Origin: an uncultured cyanobacterium
GTDB taxonomy: Bacteria; Cyanobacteriota; Cyanobacteriia; PCC-6307; Cyanobiaceae
Assembly: GCA_963765575.1 (NCBI GenBank)
Contig: CAVXWZ010000011.1
Span: forward strand, 320,001 to 384,000
DNA: 64,000 nt
Reading direction: 5' to 3'
The position numbers and the translations under genes were made by a program. The notes under the pieces are model-generated. The model had not been told where the DNA came from and did no database searches. It worked only from the letters and a program-made list of their open reading frames with translations. Each line of letters begins with the position of its first letter. Positions within the stretch are counted from its first letter, which is position 1. Below are positions 1 through 8,262 of the stretch, piece by piece.

Positions 1-224
1 GCGTAGTTGGACCCCTGCATCTGGGTGGTGTAGGGGAACTTGTTGTAGACGGCCTGGGCGGCGCCGTTCACAAGCTCATCAGCCTTGGCCGTGAGCACTT
101 TGGCGGCTTCGAGGGCGTTTTTGGCGCGCTCAAAGCGACCGAAGGCAGCGTTGAGCTCGGTGTTGGAGAGGAAGCGGCCCTGGGAATCAGCAGCGGCGAC
201 GGCTTCGGTGAGGGGGGTCTTCAT
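1..224 (-). CDS. cpcA: C-phycocyanin alpha subunit (5' part; runs off window start)
   Basis: ATG at 224, [20 protein letters not shown]...; DNA identical to the complete copy at 2293-2781 over this stretch. Confidence 0.97.
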   Translation of the reverse strand, partial: MKTPLTEAVAAADSQGRFLSNTELNAAFGRFERAKNALEAAKVLTAKADELVNGAAQAVYNKFPYTTQMQGSNY

Positions 225-278
225 TGGGTTGAGAGAAGGAAGTTGAACCGATGATCAGGAGATGGAGTCCTGAGGGAT

Positions 279-797
279 TCAGCCGACAGCGGCGGCGGCG
301 CGATCGAAGTAGGTGCCGATCTCGCTCATCAGAGCGGAGCAGTCGCCGGGGGTGATGCCGTTGCGGTCGTTGGCGAGGGAGACGGCGGCGTCCTTCATCT
401 TGCGCACGCCTTCAGCGACCGAGGCGCCGGGGACGCCGAGGGCGAGGTAGGTCTCACGCAGGCCATTGAGGCAACGGTCTTCCAGCACGGAGGCGTCACC
501 GGTGAAGACGGCGTAGGTGACGTAGCGGAGGATGATCTCCATGTCGCGCAGGCAGGCAGCCATGCGGCGATGGGTGTAGGCGTTGCCACCAGGGGCGATC
601 AGGGCGGGCTGGGCCTCGAAGAGATCGCGGGCCGCGTTGGTGACGATGGCGGAGGCGTTGGAGGTGATGCGGTTGACGGAATCCATCCGCTTGTTGCTGT
701 CGGCGACCATCGCCGCGAGGGCGTCGATCTGACCAGCGTTGATGAATTCGCCGCGGGCGTCAGCCTGGGCAACGACCTTGGTGAAGGCGTCGAACAT
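279..797 (-). CDS. cpcB: C-phycocyanin beta subunit
   Basis: 172 aa [18 protein letters not shown]; bilin cysteines in MAACLRD and GDCSAL. Confidence 0.98.
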   Translation of the reverse strand: MFDAFTKVVAQADARGEFINAGQIDALAAMVADSNKRMDSVNRITSNASAIVTNAARDLFEAQPALIAPGGNAYTHRRMAACLRDMEIILRYVTYAVFTGDASVLEDRCLNGLRETYLALGVPGASVAEGVRKMKDAAVSLANDRNGITPGDCSALMSEIGTYFDRAAAAVG

Positions 798-870
798 GGG
801 GGAGCTCCTGTTATCGACGAGGTGTCGGGGAGAGTGAATAAAGTGTGAAACAAGCTGCGGTTGCCTCTTG

Positions 871-1097
871 GCAATTCAGCTTGTCATTCAGCTTGGCAAT
901 CAGCTGTGCTGAGCACCGCATCATTGTGCTTGCTTTGCCGCCACAGCCTCCGCATTGACTGCCCCCGCTTCACAAAGGGTCACTGCCAGCGACCGCCTCA
1001 GCGGCACTGAAGAGCGGCACTGAAGAGCGGCATTGCAGAGCGGCACTGCCGGCTGCACGGCCAAGTTGACGCCTGGCTGCACGGCCAAGTTGACGCC
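871..1097. repeat. Intergenic array of short tandem repeats
   Basis: ATTCAGCTTG-like x3 (871-907), GAGCGGCACTGAA-like 13-mer x4 (~998-1049), GGCTGCACGGCCAAGTTGACGCC x2 (1051-1097). Confidence 0.85.
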
Positions 1098-1224
1098 AGC
1101 AAAAGGGCCCGGTCGCCTGGCCACCGAGCCTCTTGAGTCTGCGCGCTGCTTGCTGTTCAAATGGCTGTCCAGGTGGCTGGGCCGTGATCCCATGGGCTGA
1201 TGATGACGGCCGCAGCAGGCTGAT

Positions 1225-2076
1225 TCAGCTCACAGGCGTGACACTGGCCACCCGGCCACCCTGACGATGGATCATCTGCTGGGTCTCCAGCAGTTTGTCG
1301 AAGGTCACGAAGCGCACCGTGTTGGCGCGCTTGTGCAGCCGGTAGTTGGTCAGGCCGGTGACCTGGACCCGATACACCTTGGCCTTCTGGCCGATGCCAC
1401 GGGCCATGCTGGTGATCCCGCCGTGGGGCGTTTTCGTGGGCTGAAAGCCTGCTCCCTTGGCATTGGGACTCACCACGGGCACCGCTCGGTTTTGGTGCAG
1501 GGCCTGGCCGAGATGGAAATTCGTGCCGGAGCTTTCACCCTTCACGGAGGCGGCGACGCCACGGGCCAGCTGCATCAGCCAGGAGAACTGTCGGCCTTCA
1601 TGACCCTTGGAGTAATCCCAGCCATGAATATAGGGCACATTTTCTTCGCCAAATCTACCCTGATACTCCTCGCTGTCGACATAGGAGTCGATCTCCGCAT
1701 CGTATCCCTGCTCTTGGAGAATAGTGAAGTGATCAAGCATCTCCTCCTTGTTGTGAGGTGCGCGGCCGAGCAGATGCTTGAAGTTCAGTTCGATGAAGTG
1801 ATAGGGATTGCAATTTTCAAAGAACTTGCTGCGATAAAGACCGCTCTTAGCTACGAGCCGTACAAATTCGCGAACACTGAGATAGCCATTCTTAAACAGT
1901 GATTCCGGCTGCGTGAGGCGTTCGCTCGCCATCACATACTGATTGCCGAGTACTTGTTTGTAGACAGCCCTGATCGTAACGGCCTTGTCTTCCTGGGAGC
2001 TGGCAGACCAGTTTTCTTTGTTGCGGTCTCCGCTGAAGCGTTCGATGCCGAGATAGGCGGCATTGGCAAGCGTCAT
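1225..2076 (-). CDS. cpcC: Phycocyanin-associated rod linker polypeptide (second paralogue)
   Basis: MTLANAAYLGIERF start, PBS linker motifs (IRAVYKQVLGN, ELNFKHLLGRAP), C-terminal CpcD-like domain (QGGRVASVTPV). Confidence 0.92.
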   Translation of the reverse strand: MTLANAAYLGIERFSGDRNKENWSASSQEDKAVTIRAVYKQVLGNQYVMASERLTQPESLFKNGYLSVREFVRLVAKSGLYRSKFFENCNPYHFIELNFKHLLGRAPHNKEEMLDHFTILQEQGYDAEIDSYVDSEEYQGRFGEENVPYIHGWDYSKGHEGRQFSWLMQLARGVAASVKGESSGTNFHLGQALHQNRAVPVVSPNAKGAGFQPTKTPHGGITSMARGIGQKAKVYRVQVTGLTNYRLHKRANTVRFVTFDKLLETQQMIHRQGGRVASVTPVS

Positions 2077-2236
2077 GGCAAGGGCATCCAGAGGAACTGT
2101 GCGCGCAGACCCACGCACTGAATGTCAGCGTATGCCCATGCTCCTGTTTATTGTGAGGATCTGTGGCAATCTTTACAGCCTCTTTTGACGCAGCCCCGAC
2201 GTTCTCAGCTTTGGAGCGGCAAGCCACAAAACAGGC

Positions 2237-2265
2237 CAAAAAAAGGCCTCCCGTTGGGGAGGCCT
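2237..2265 (-). terminator. Rho-independent terminator after cpcA
   Basis: AGGCCTCC-loop-GGAGGCCT stem followed by a T-run on the minus strand. Confidence 0.85.
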
Positions 2266-2292
2266 GGAGAAGTCTGAGAGCGTGGGGCTGGA

Positions 2293-2781
2293 TCAGACGA
2301 GGGCGGAGATGGCGTAGTCGATGTAGTTGTTGGCGATCACACCGGGGTCGCCGGAGATGCCGTGGTTGCCCTTGATGTGGTTGAGGGCTTCGACGTACCA
2401 GGAGGGGGAGAGTTCGAAGGCACGGTTGATCTCATCGAGACCAGCGACCAGGTACTCGTCCATGGGGCCGGTGCCGCCGGCCACGAGGCAGTAGGTGACC
2501 ATGCGCAGGTAGTAACCGATGTCACGGGCGCACTTGGCCTTGCCGCGGGCGTCGGAGGCGTAGTTGGACCCCTGCATCTGGGTGGTGTAGGGGAACTTGT
2601 TGTAGACGGCCTGGGCGGCGCCGTTCACAAGCTCATCAGCCTTGGCCGTGAGCACTTTGGCGGCTTCGAGGGCGTTTTTGGCGCGCTCAAAGCGACCGAA
2701 GGCAGCGTTGAGCTCGGTGTTGGAGAGGAAGCGGCCCTGGGAATCAGCAGCGGCGACGGCTTCGGTGAGGGGGGTCTTCAT
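2293..2781 (-). CDS. cpcA: C-phycocyanin alpha subunit
   Basis: 162 aa, MKTPLTEAV..., [11 protein letters not shown] chromophore site. Confidence 0.98.
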   Translation of the reverse strand: MKTPLTEAVAAADSQGRFLSNTELNAAFGRFERAKNALEAAKVLTAKADELVNGAAQAVYNKFPYTTQMQGSNYASDARGKAKCARDIGYYLRMVTYCLVAGGTGPMDEYLVAGLDEINRAFELSPSWYVEALNHIKGNHGISGDPGVIANNYIDYAISALV

Positions 2782-2835
2782 TGGGTTGAGAGAAGGAAGT
2801 TGAACCGATGATCAGGAGATGGAGTCCTGAGGGAT

Positions 2836-3354
2836 TCAGCCGACAGCGGCGGCGGCGCGATCGAAGTAGGTGCCGATCTCGCTCATCAGAGCGGAGCAGT
2901 CGCCGGGGGTGATGCCGTTGCGGTCGTTGGCGATGGAGACGGCGGCGTCCTTCATCTTGCGCACGCCTTCAGCGACCGAGGCGCCGGGGACGCCGAGGGC
3001 GAGGTAGGTCTCACGCAGGCCATTGAGGCAACGGTCTTCCAGCACGGAGGCGTCACCGGTGAAGACGGCGTAGGTGACGTAGCGGAGGATGATCTCCATG
3101 TCGCGCAGGCAGGCAGCCATGCGGCGATGGGTGTAGGCGTTGCCACCAGGGGCGATCAGGGCGGGCTGGGCCTCGAAGAGATCGCGGGCCGCGTTGGTGA
3201 CGATGGCGGAGGCGTTGGAGGTGATGCGGTTGACGGAATCCATCCGCTTGTTGCTGTCGGCGACCATCGCCGCGAGGGCGTCGATCTGACCAGCGTTGAT
3301 GAATTCGCCGCGGGCGTCAGCCTGGGCAACGACCTTGGTGAAGGCGTCGAACAT
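2836..3354 (-). CDS. cpcB: C-phycocyanin beta subunit
   Basis: ATG at 3354 preceded by AGGAG; same protein as 279-797 except one Ile/Leu. Confidence 0.98.
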   Translation of the reverse strand: MFDAFTKVVAQADARGEFINAGQIDALAAMVADSNKRMDSVNRITSNASAIVTNAARDLFEAQPALIAPGGNAYTHRRMAACLRDMEIILRYVTYAVFTGDASVLEDRCLNGLRETYLALGVPGASVAEGVRKMKDAAVSIANDRNGITPGDCSALMSEIGTYFDRAAAAVG

Positions 3355-3650
3355 GGGGGAGCTCCTGTTATCGACGAGGTGTCGGGGAGGGTGGGTACGG
3401 GCCAGGTTGGCTTGATCCAGTGCCAGCAGGTGGGCAAGCCCGCTGCGCCAGGTCCTCGTCAACTTGACGTATCCATTGTTGGTGGTAGTTGCCCGTTGGA
3501 TGGGATCAGGTTCACAAACGGTCATTGCAGCTGGGGCGACCGTCCCTGACCGATCAACAGCCCCACCCCCGGAAGCGATCAAAGACCGATGGGCACCAGC
3601 GCGGGGTGCCCATCAGACGCAAAGGAGAACGCAAAAAAAGGCCAGAACGC

Positions 3651-3674
3651 AAAAAAGGCCCGATGGAGGGCCTT
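3651..3674 (-). terminator. Rho-independent terminator after cpcD
   Basis: AAGGCCC-loop-GGGCCTT stem plus T-run; the tail segment AGAACGCAAAAAAAGGCC is tandemly duplicated. Confidence 0.7.
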
Positions 3675-3734
3675 GACTGGGATTGCGGATTCGGATTCGG
3701 ATGCGTGCGGAGCCGCTGCCTTGCCTTCGCTGCC

Positions 3735-3992
3735 CTAGGCGTTAGATCTTGACTTCTTGCGGGCCGGTGCCGCCTTGGCAGGAGAGAGGTCACCACCATT
3801 GACCGCGACGCCGGTGATCTTGCCGCCCATCCGCTGCACCGTGCGCATGGCCTCATTCATGCGGGTGTAGGGCACATTCATGACCATGTCCGCTGTGCGG
3901 GAATAGTCATTGTTGGCCAGGCCCGTCACGGTGAAGGTGACCTGGCGGCCGCTACTGAAGCTGGTGCCGCGTGTACCTGCAGAAACCTTCAT
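3735..3992 (-). CDS. cpcD: Rod-capping linker polypeptide
   Basis: 85 aa single CpcD domain (VPYTRMNEAMRTVQRMGGKITGV). Confidence 0.92.
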   Translation of the reverse strand: MKVSAGTRGTSFSSGRQVTFTVTGLANNDYSRTADMVMNVPYTRMNEAMRTVQRMGGKITGVAVNGGDLSPAKAAPARKKSRSNA

Positions 3993-4047
3993 GGCTGGAT
4001 AAGCGAAGTGAGAGGCAAAGAAAACAGAGGGGTGAAGCGTTGAAGCC

Positions 4048-4893
4048 TCAGCTCACAGGTGAAATGCTGGCGATCCGGCCACCTTCGCGCTGAATCTGCT
4101 GCTGATACTGCAGAAGCTTGTTGAAGGGGATGAAACGCACACGATTGCTGCGCTTGTGCAGACGGTAGTTGTTGAAACCTGTGATCTCAACCCGGAAGGT
4201 GCGCCCCTCTTCTCCGGAACCAACGCCTTGACGGGTGACCCCATCGCTGGCCACCTTGCGGAAAACAGAGCCCTTGGCATTGGGGCTCACAACCGGCATG
4301 GCTTGGGAGGAGTGGACCGCCGGGTTAAGACGTGACTGGGTCTTGAGCAGGTCACCGCGTACCGATGCACCGACGCCTCTGGTGAGCTGCAGCATGTAGG
4401 AGAACTGCAGACCCTGTTGGCCAACGTTGTAGTTGAAGCCGTGCATGAAAGGCACAACTTCTTCCCCGAAGCGGTCTTGGTATTCGGCGCTGTCGATGTA
4501 GGAGTCAATCTCGGCGTCGTAACCCTGCTCCTGGAGAGTCGTGAAGTGCTCAAGCATCTCTGCCTTGTTCTGGGGCGCACGACCCAGCAGATGCTTGAAG
4601 TTCAGTTCGATGAAGCGGTAGGGGTTGCAGTTTTCGAAGAACTTTTGTTTGTAGAGGCCGCTCTTGGCAACCTGACGCACGAATTCACGCACACTCAGAT
4701 AGCCACGCTTGAAGAGCGATTCCGGGCCTTCCAGGCGCTCGCTCTTCATCAGGTATTGGTTGCCGAGCACCTGGCGGTAGACAGCGCGGATGAGAATCGC
4801 CTTGTCGTTTTCAGAGGCGTTCGTCCAGTTTTCCTTGGTGCGATCGTTGGCAAAACGCTCAATGCCCAGATAGGCAGCGTTGGCGAGGGTCAT
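4048..4893 (-). CDS. cpcC: Phycocyanin-associated rod linker polypeptide
   Basis: 281 aa, PBS linker domain plus C-terminal CpcD-like domain. Confidence 0.93.
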   Translation of the reverse strand: MTLANAAYLGIERFANDRTKENWTNASENDKAILIRAVYRQVLGNQYLMKSERLEGPESLFKRGYLSVREFVRQVAKSGLYKQKFFENCNPYRFIELNFKHLLGRAPQNKAEMLEHFTTLQEQGYDAEIDSYIDSAEYQDRFGEEVVPFMHGFNYNVGQQGLQFSYMLQLTRGVGASVRGDLLKTQSRLNPAVHSSQAMPVVSPNAKGSVFRKVASDGVTRQGVGSGEEGRTFRVEITGFNNYRLHKRSNRVRFIPFNKLLQYQQQIQREGGRIASISPVS

Positions 4894-5309
4894 GAACTTG
4901 CAGGGGCGGGCGAGAGGGAGGGGAGCCGCTGCGACGAGCTGTTCGTCGCCGGGCAGCTGCTGGATGCAGAGCTAGAGCAGGGAGCCGGGGGCTGGTGGCA
5001 GCACGCTGCTTGAGGGAGGATGTCGAAAGCTGAACTGTTGGAGACAGATCTGCTGGAGACAGCACTGCAGGGGCAGGGCTGGTGCAAGCAGGGCTTTCGT
5101 CCGGATTCAGCCTTCGGGAGCGGGCCTGATGGCTGGCCGGTTTTCAGAGTGGATCCTATGGGCCCCTTAGGGGCTCTTCACAGCCTTTCCGGAATCGTTA
5201 CAAAACGACTGCGCGGCCCCCTGGCGCTCCGCTGAGACGTGGATACCATCACCGCGAGGGCCTCCCCCAGGGGTTGCCGCTCAGATTCACCAATCGGTTG
5301 TGGCCAGCG

Positions 5310-5849
5310 ATGTCCTCTCAGCCGCCAGGCCAGCCTTCAGACCACTCGCCAGGCGACCCGTCCGCGCGTCAGGCAGGTCCTGTTATGGCGGAGCCCTGCC
5401 AGCGTCTCGCCGAACAGCTCCACACCCTCTCGCACGTGGTGGAGACGATCACCTATCGCCTGCTGGATCTCGAAGAGCGCGTCGCGGCCCAGGCGCAACG
5501 CCTCCAGGCCCTGGTTGAGGAGGGGCCGCCGGGCTCTGCCCTCGCTTCGGCGGCTTCGGCGCAGGCTCAGGTGCGGCTCGACGACACGGAAAACCGACTC
5601 CTGCGCCTTGAATCCATGCTGTCCGGGGTCGGGGATAACGCCTCCAGCGGTCGCCTCAGTCTTGTCGGCAGCCCGAGGAGTGCCCCGCTGGACGCCAGGG
5701 CTGGCGATGACGGGGAGGAATCCTGCGCCCAGGACATCGATGGCCCTTTCCCCGAGGAGCCCGAGCAGCCGTTCCTCGATGACTTCGAGGACGTTGCTGA
5801 GGACGCCGAGGCTGTCGGTGGGCGGCCTCAGGACTTCCTCACGGCCTGA
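5310..5849 (+). CDS. Hypothetical protein (coiled-coil, acidic C-terminus) in phycobilisome cluster
   Basis: Heptad-like segment LAEQLHTLSHVVETITYRLLDLEERV; GC3-biased codons; start uncertain. Confidence 0.7.
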   Translation: MSSQPPGQPSDHSPGDPSARQAGPVMAEPCQRLAEQLHTLSHVVETITYRLLDLEERVAAQAQRLQALVEEGPPGSALASAASAQAQVRLDDTENRLLRLESMLSGVGDNASSGRLSLVGSPRSAPLDARAGDDGEESCAQDIDGPFPEEPEQPFLDDFEDVAEDAEAVGGRPQDFLTA

Positions 5850-6441
5850 AGGCCGCAAGCCATGCAGCGGGGATCTCGTCGCTGTAGTCATGGGTGCGGC
5901 TGAATTCGAAGGGTCCGGCGAGGGATCCCCACACCTGTTCGTGGCTGGTGGGGTCGTGGCCGGTGTCGATGGTGCGCATGCCGCCGGCATCGAGCTCAAG
6001 GCGGCTCACCAGATAGGTGGTGGTGCCCTTGCGTTCCACCAGGCAGCGGCAACCTGGCTCCACTTCGCCGATGAAGCCCGCGCCCTCTTCCCGCACCAGG
6101 TAGGAGCAGCCCGCCAACGGGCGCAGATCGCTGGCCTGGATCCCGGCGCGAAGGGTGCTGTCGTCCACCGACCCCCAGAAGCGCTGCTCGTCGATCACTG
6201 ACTGGTTTTCGATGATCAGATCGTCGCCGCGGCGTTCTGGGCGCAGAACCCTGATCCGGTAGGGCACGGCGGGGTTGATCGCGTAGCTCTGCTCCAGCAG
6301 CAGCGAACCGGGTGAGAGCTGGGGCAACGGCCTCATCTTCACCAGGATGTGGGCGTAGAGCGGTGGATTCTCGAAGGCTTGGTGCTGATTGCTGAAACCG
6401 CCGCTCAGCAGATGCACAAGCCGGCTCAGGGAGCTGTCCAT
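5839..6441 (-). CDS. cpcT: CpcT/CpeT family bilin lyase
   Basis: FSNQHQAFENPPLYAHI, EQSY, PYRIR, VEPGCRC, DTGHDP...QVWGS motifs. Confidence 0.93.
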   Translation of the reverse strand: MDSSLSRLVHLLSGGFSNQHQAFENPPLYAHILVKMRPLPQLSPGSLLLEQSYAINPAVPYRIRVLRPERRGDDLIIENQSVIDEQRFWGSVDDSTLRAGIQASDLRPLAGCSYLVREEGAGFIGEVEPGCRCLVERKGTTTYLVSRLELDAGGMRTIDTGHDPTSHEQVWGSLAGPFEFSRTHDYSDEIPAAWLAAFRP

Positions 6442-6493
6442 CGGTCCATGGGGGTGGGGCATGGAGACTGTGGGGTGAGGCGTGGTGCCGGGA

Positions 6494-6757
6494 TCAGAGT
6501 CCCAGCAGGCGCAGGCGGAAGGCAGCCACCTGTGCGGCCAGTTCGGGCTGGCTGCGCAGGAAGGGATGCTCCGTCAGGCTTTCGAGAATCAGGGCCTGCT
6601 TGTGGTGCCGATCCAGGCCGTGGTCGGGGTGCTGTCGCTCATGCTGCAGCCAGGCCTCATCAAACGCCTGGGCAAAGCTGTCGGCGTTGTTGAACTGATG
6701 ATTGGCCAGGGGATGGGCTGAGCTCGACAGATCGCGTGTCAACGGCAGCTCGGGCAT
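6494..6757 (-). CDS. Small hypothetical protein of phycobilisome cluster
   Basis: NNADSFAQAFDEAW...HPFL...VAAFRLRLL; co-oriented with cpcT. Confidence 0.7.
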   Translation of the reverse strand: MPELPLTRDLSSSAHPLANHQFNNADSFAQAFDEAWLQHERQHPDHGLDRHHKQALILESLTEHPFLRSQPELAAQVAAFRLRLLGL

Positions 6758-6914
6758 GCTGGCAACGGGAAAACCCGGCAGCTGGAATCTCATCTTGCCA
6801 CCGAGCCAGCATTCCGCTGCGTGGCGATCCCAGGTCCCAGAAGCCAGAAAGGGCTGGTCTCCGGCAGCTCGGTCGGCCGCGACAGGTTGGTGCCGGGGCG
6901 AGTGAACAGTGGAA

Positions 6915-6987
6915 TGCCAGGACCCAGATTTGAACTGGGGACACGGCGATTTTCAGTCGCCTGCTCTACCAACTGAGCTATCCCGGC
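6915..6987 (-). tRNA. tRNA-Phe(GAA)
   Basis: GCCGGGATAGCTCAGTTGGTAGAGC...CTGAAAA...GTTCAAATC...CCTGGCA cloverleaf. Confidence 0.97.
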
Positions 6988-7724
6988 CTGTCAGCGCCTG
7001 GCCCGCAGATGCGCTGGCCCGAGTGACGGGGCGATCTTAGATCACGGCTCTTCCGCTCTTGCGGTGCGGCCGGCGTGCGCCCCACGCAGGCCATGCCGAG
7101 CACGCGCCAGCCCTCGCTCCGCAGTGCCGCAGCGGCGGCGCAGGCGGTGGCTCCGGTGGTGAGGATGTCGTCGAGCAGCAGCACACTCCGCCTGCTGCCC
7201 CCGGCGGGCTTCAGGCAGCGGAACGCTCCTTGCTGGTTCTGCCAGCGCAGCTCGCGTCCGAGCCGGTGCTGCCCGAGCACCGGGCGGCTGCGCGCCAGCA
7301 GGCGGGCCTGGGACCAGCCCAGCTGGCGGCCCAGCACCGCCGCCAGCAATGGCGGCAGGGGATTGCTGCGGCGCTTCCAGCTGGGGATTGCCACCAGCCA
7401 TGGGGCGGGGGCGGGTCCGCGCCCGTGCTGCAGCTGGCGCAGGCCAGCCATCAGTCCGGGCAACAGGGGGGCGAGACGCTGGCTGCGGGGATCCCTGCGC
7501 AGGGCCAGCAGGTGGCTGCGCAGCCCGCCGGCATAGGGGCCCGCCGCCCACCAGGGCAGGGGCTCCAGGCCGTTCAGGCCGGCCGCCGGCAACTGCAGGT
7601 CGAGGTGGAGAGGGGGGCGCAGCAGCCACTCCAGGGGCAGCCACTGCAGCAGGCCGCTCCAGCCCGGAGCCTGGCCAGTGCTTGGGTCGTCAAGGGGGGC
7701 CTGGGAGAGCGGGGCGGCGACCAT
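6978..7724 (-). CDS. ComF family phosphoribosyltransferase-domain protein
   Basis: VLLLDDILTTGAT PRPP-binding motif, R-x-x-NQQGAF; start uncertain. Confidence 0.85.
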   Translation of the reverse strand: MVAAPLSQAPLDDPSTGQAPGWSGLLQWLPLEWLLRPPLHLDLQLPAAGLNGLEPLPWWAAGPYAGGLRSHLLALRRDPRSQRLAPLLPGLMAGLRQLQHGRGPAPAPWLVAIPSWKRRSNPLPPLLAAVLGRQLGWSQARLLARSRPVLGQHRLGRELRWQNQQGAFRCLKPAGGSRRSVLLLDDILTTGATACAAAAALRSEGWRVLGMACVGRTPAAPQERKSRDLRSPRHSGQRICGPGADRPG

Positions 7725-7832
7725 GGAGCCGCCGGGGGCAAGCCGACCTGGAGCGCGGCTGGGTTGCATGGCGGCTGGGCGTGCTGCGCTCAGTCTTCCC
7801 ACCTGAGGGATGCAGCTGTTCTCTGCTGGGGC

Positions 7833-8102
7833 TCAGGGTTGGGGCAGGGCCCGCAGCATCGCCACCAGGGTGCGGTGAGCATCCTCGCTGTCACTGAGTT
7901 GGTGGTCGAAGGCCACGCTCAGGGGCGCGCCATCCACCTCCAGCTGCATCGCCTGTGGTTCGACGGCAAGCATGCGCGCCGAGCTGGCGCCAGGGACACC
8001 GCCGTAGTGGCGCGCGTAGGCCAACACCGCCTCGGCATGGTCACCGTTCATGTGCTTGCAGATCCGATCGCTCACGGCGGCGGTGAGGGGGTCGGCGGCC
8101 AT
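7833..8102 (-). CDS. DUF2470 domain protein (heme-utilisation-like)
   Basis: RICKHMNGDHAEAV motif, 89 aa. Confidence 0.85.
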   Translation of the reverse strand: MAADPLTAAVSDRICKHMNGDHAEAVLAYARHYGGVPGASSARMLAVEPQAMQLEVDGAPLSVAFDHQLSDSEDAHRTLVAMLRALPQP

Positions 8103-8142
8103 GGCGGGGGCACGGGGGGAGCACCATTCTGGTGCAGGGGGA

Positions 8143-8262
8143 TCAGGCTCCGGCGTAGCGCTGCCAGAGCAGCAGCCCCAGCCGGATGGCGCTGAAGCTC
8201 ACGTAGCCCGCCAGCACCACGAACAGGGCCATCGAGATCCAAACGCGCAGCTGGTTGGTCAT
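8143..8262 (-). CDS. Small single-pass membrane protein (39 aa)
   Basis: MTNQLRVWISMALFVVLAGYVSFSAIRLGLLLWQRYAGA; ATGA overlap with upstream kinase stop. Confidence 0.6.
   Translation of the reverse strand: MTNQLRVWISMALFVVLAGYVSFSAIRLGLLLWQRYAGA

Larger units (their letters stand above)
1..832. repeat. Direct repeat copy of cpcBA unit (matches 2558-3389)
   Basis: Offset 2557; only one mismatch seen (G377 vs T2934); identity includes cpcB-cpcA spacer and ~35 nt of cpcB leader. Confidence 0.95.

Noticed and set aside
871..1097. Repeat arrays here and at 45933-45977 as possible CRISPR
   Set aside because: Units are contiguous with no unique spacers, and there are no cas genes
3355..3582. N-terminal extensions of cpcB (and similarly psbB, rpsA, psaE, HU, der) in the ORF track
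   Set aside because: Conserved N-termini, and for cpcB an RBS, place the true starts downstream
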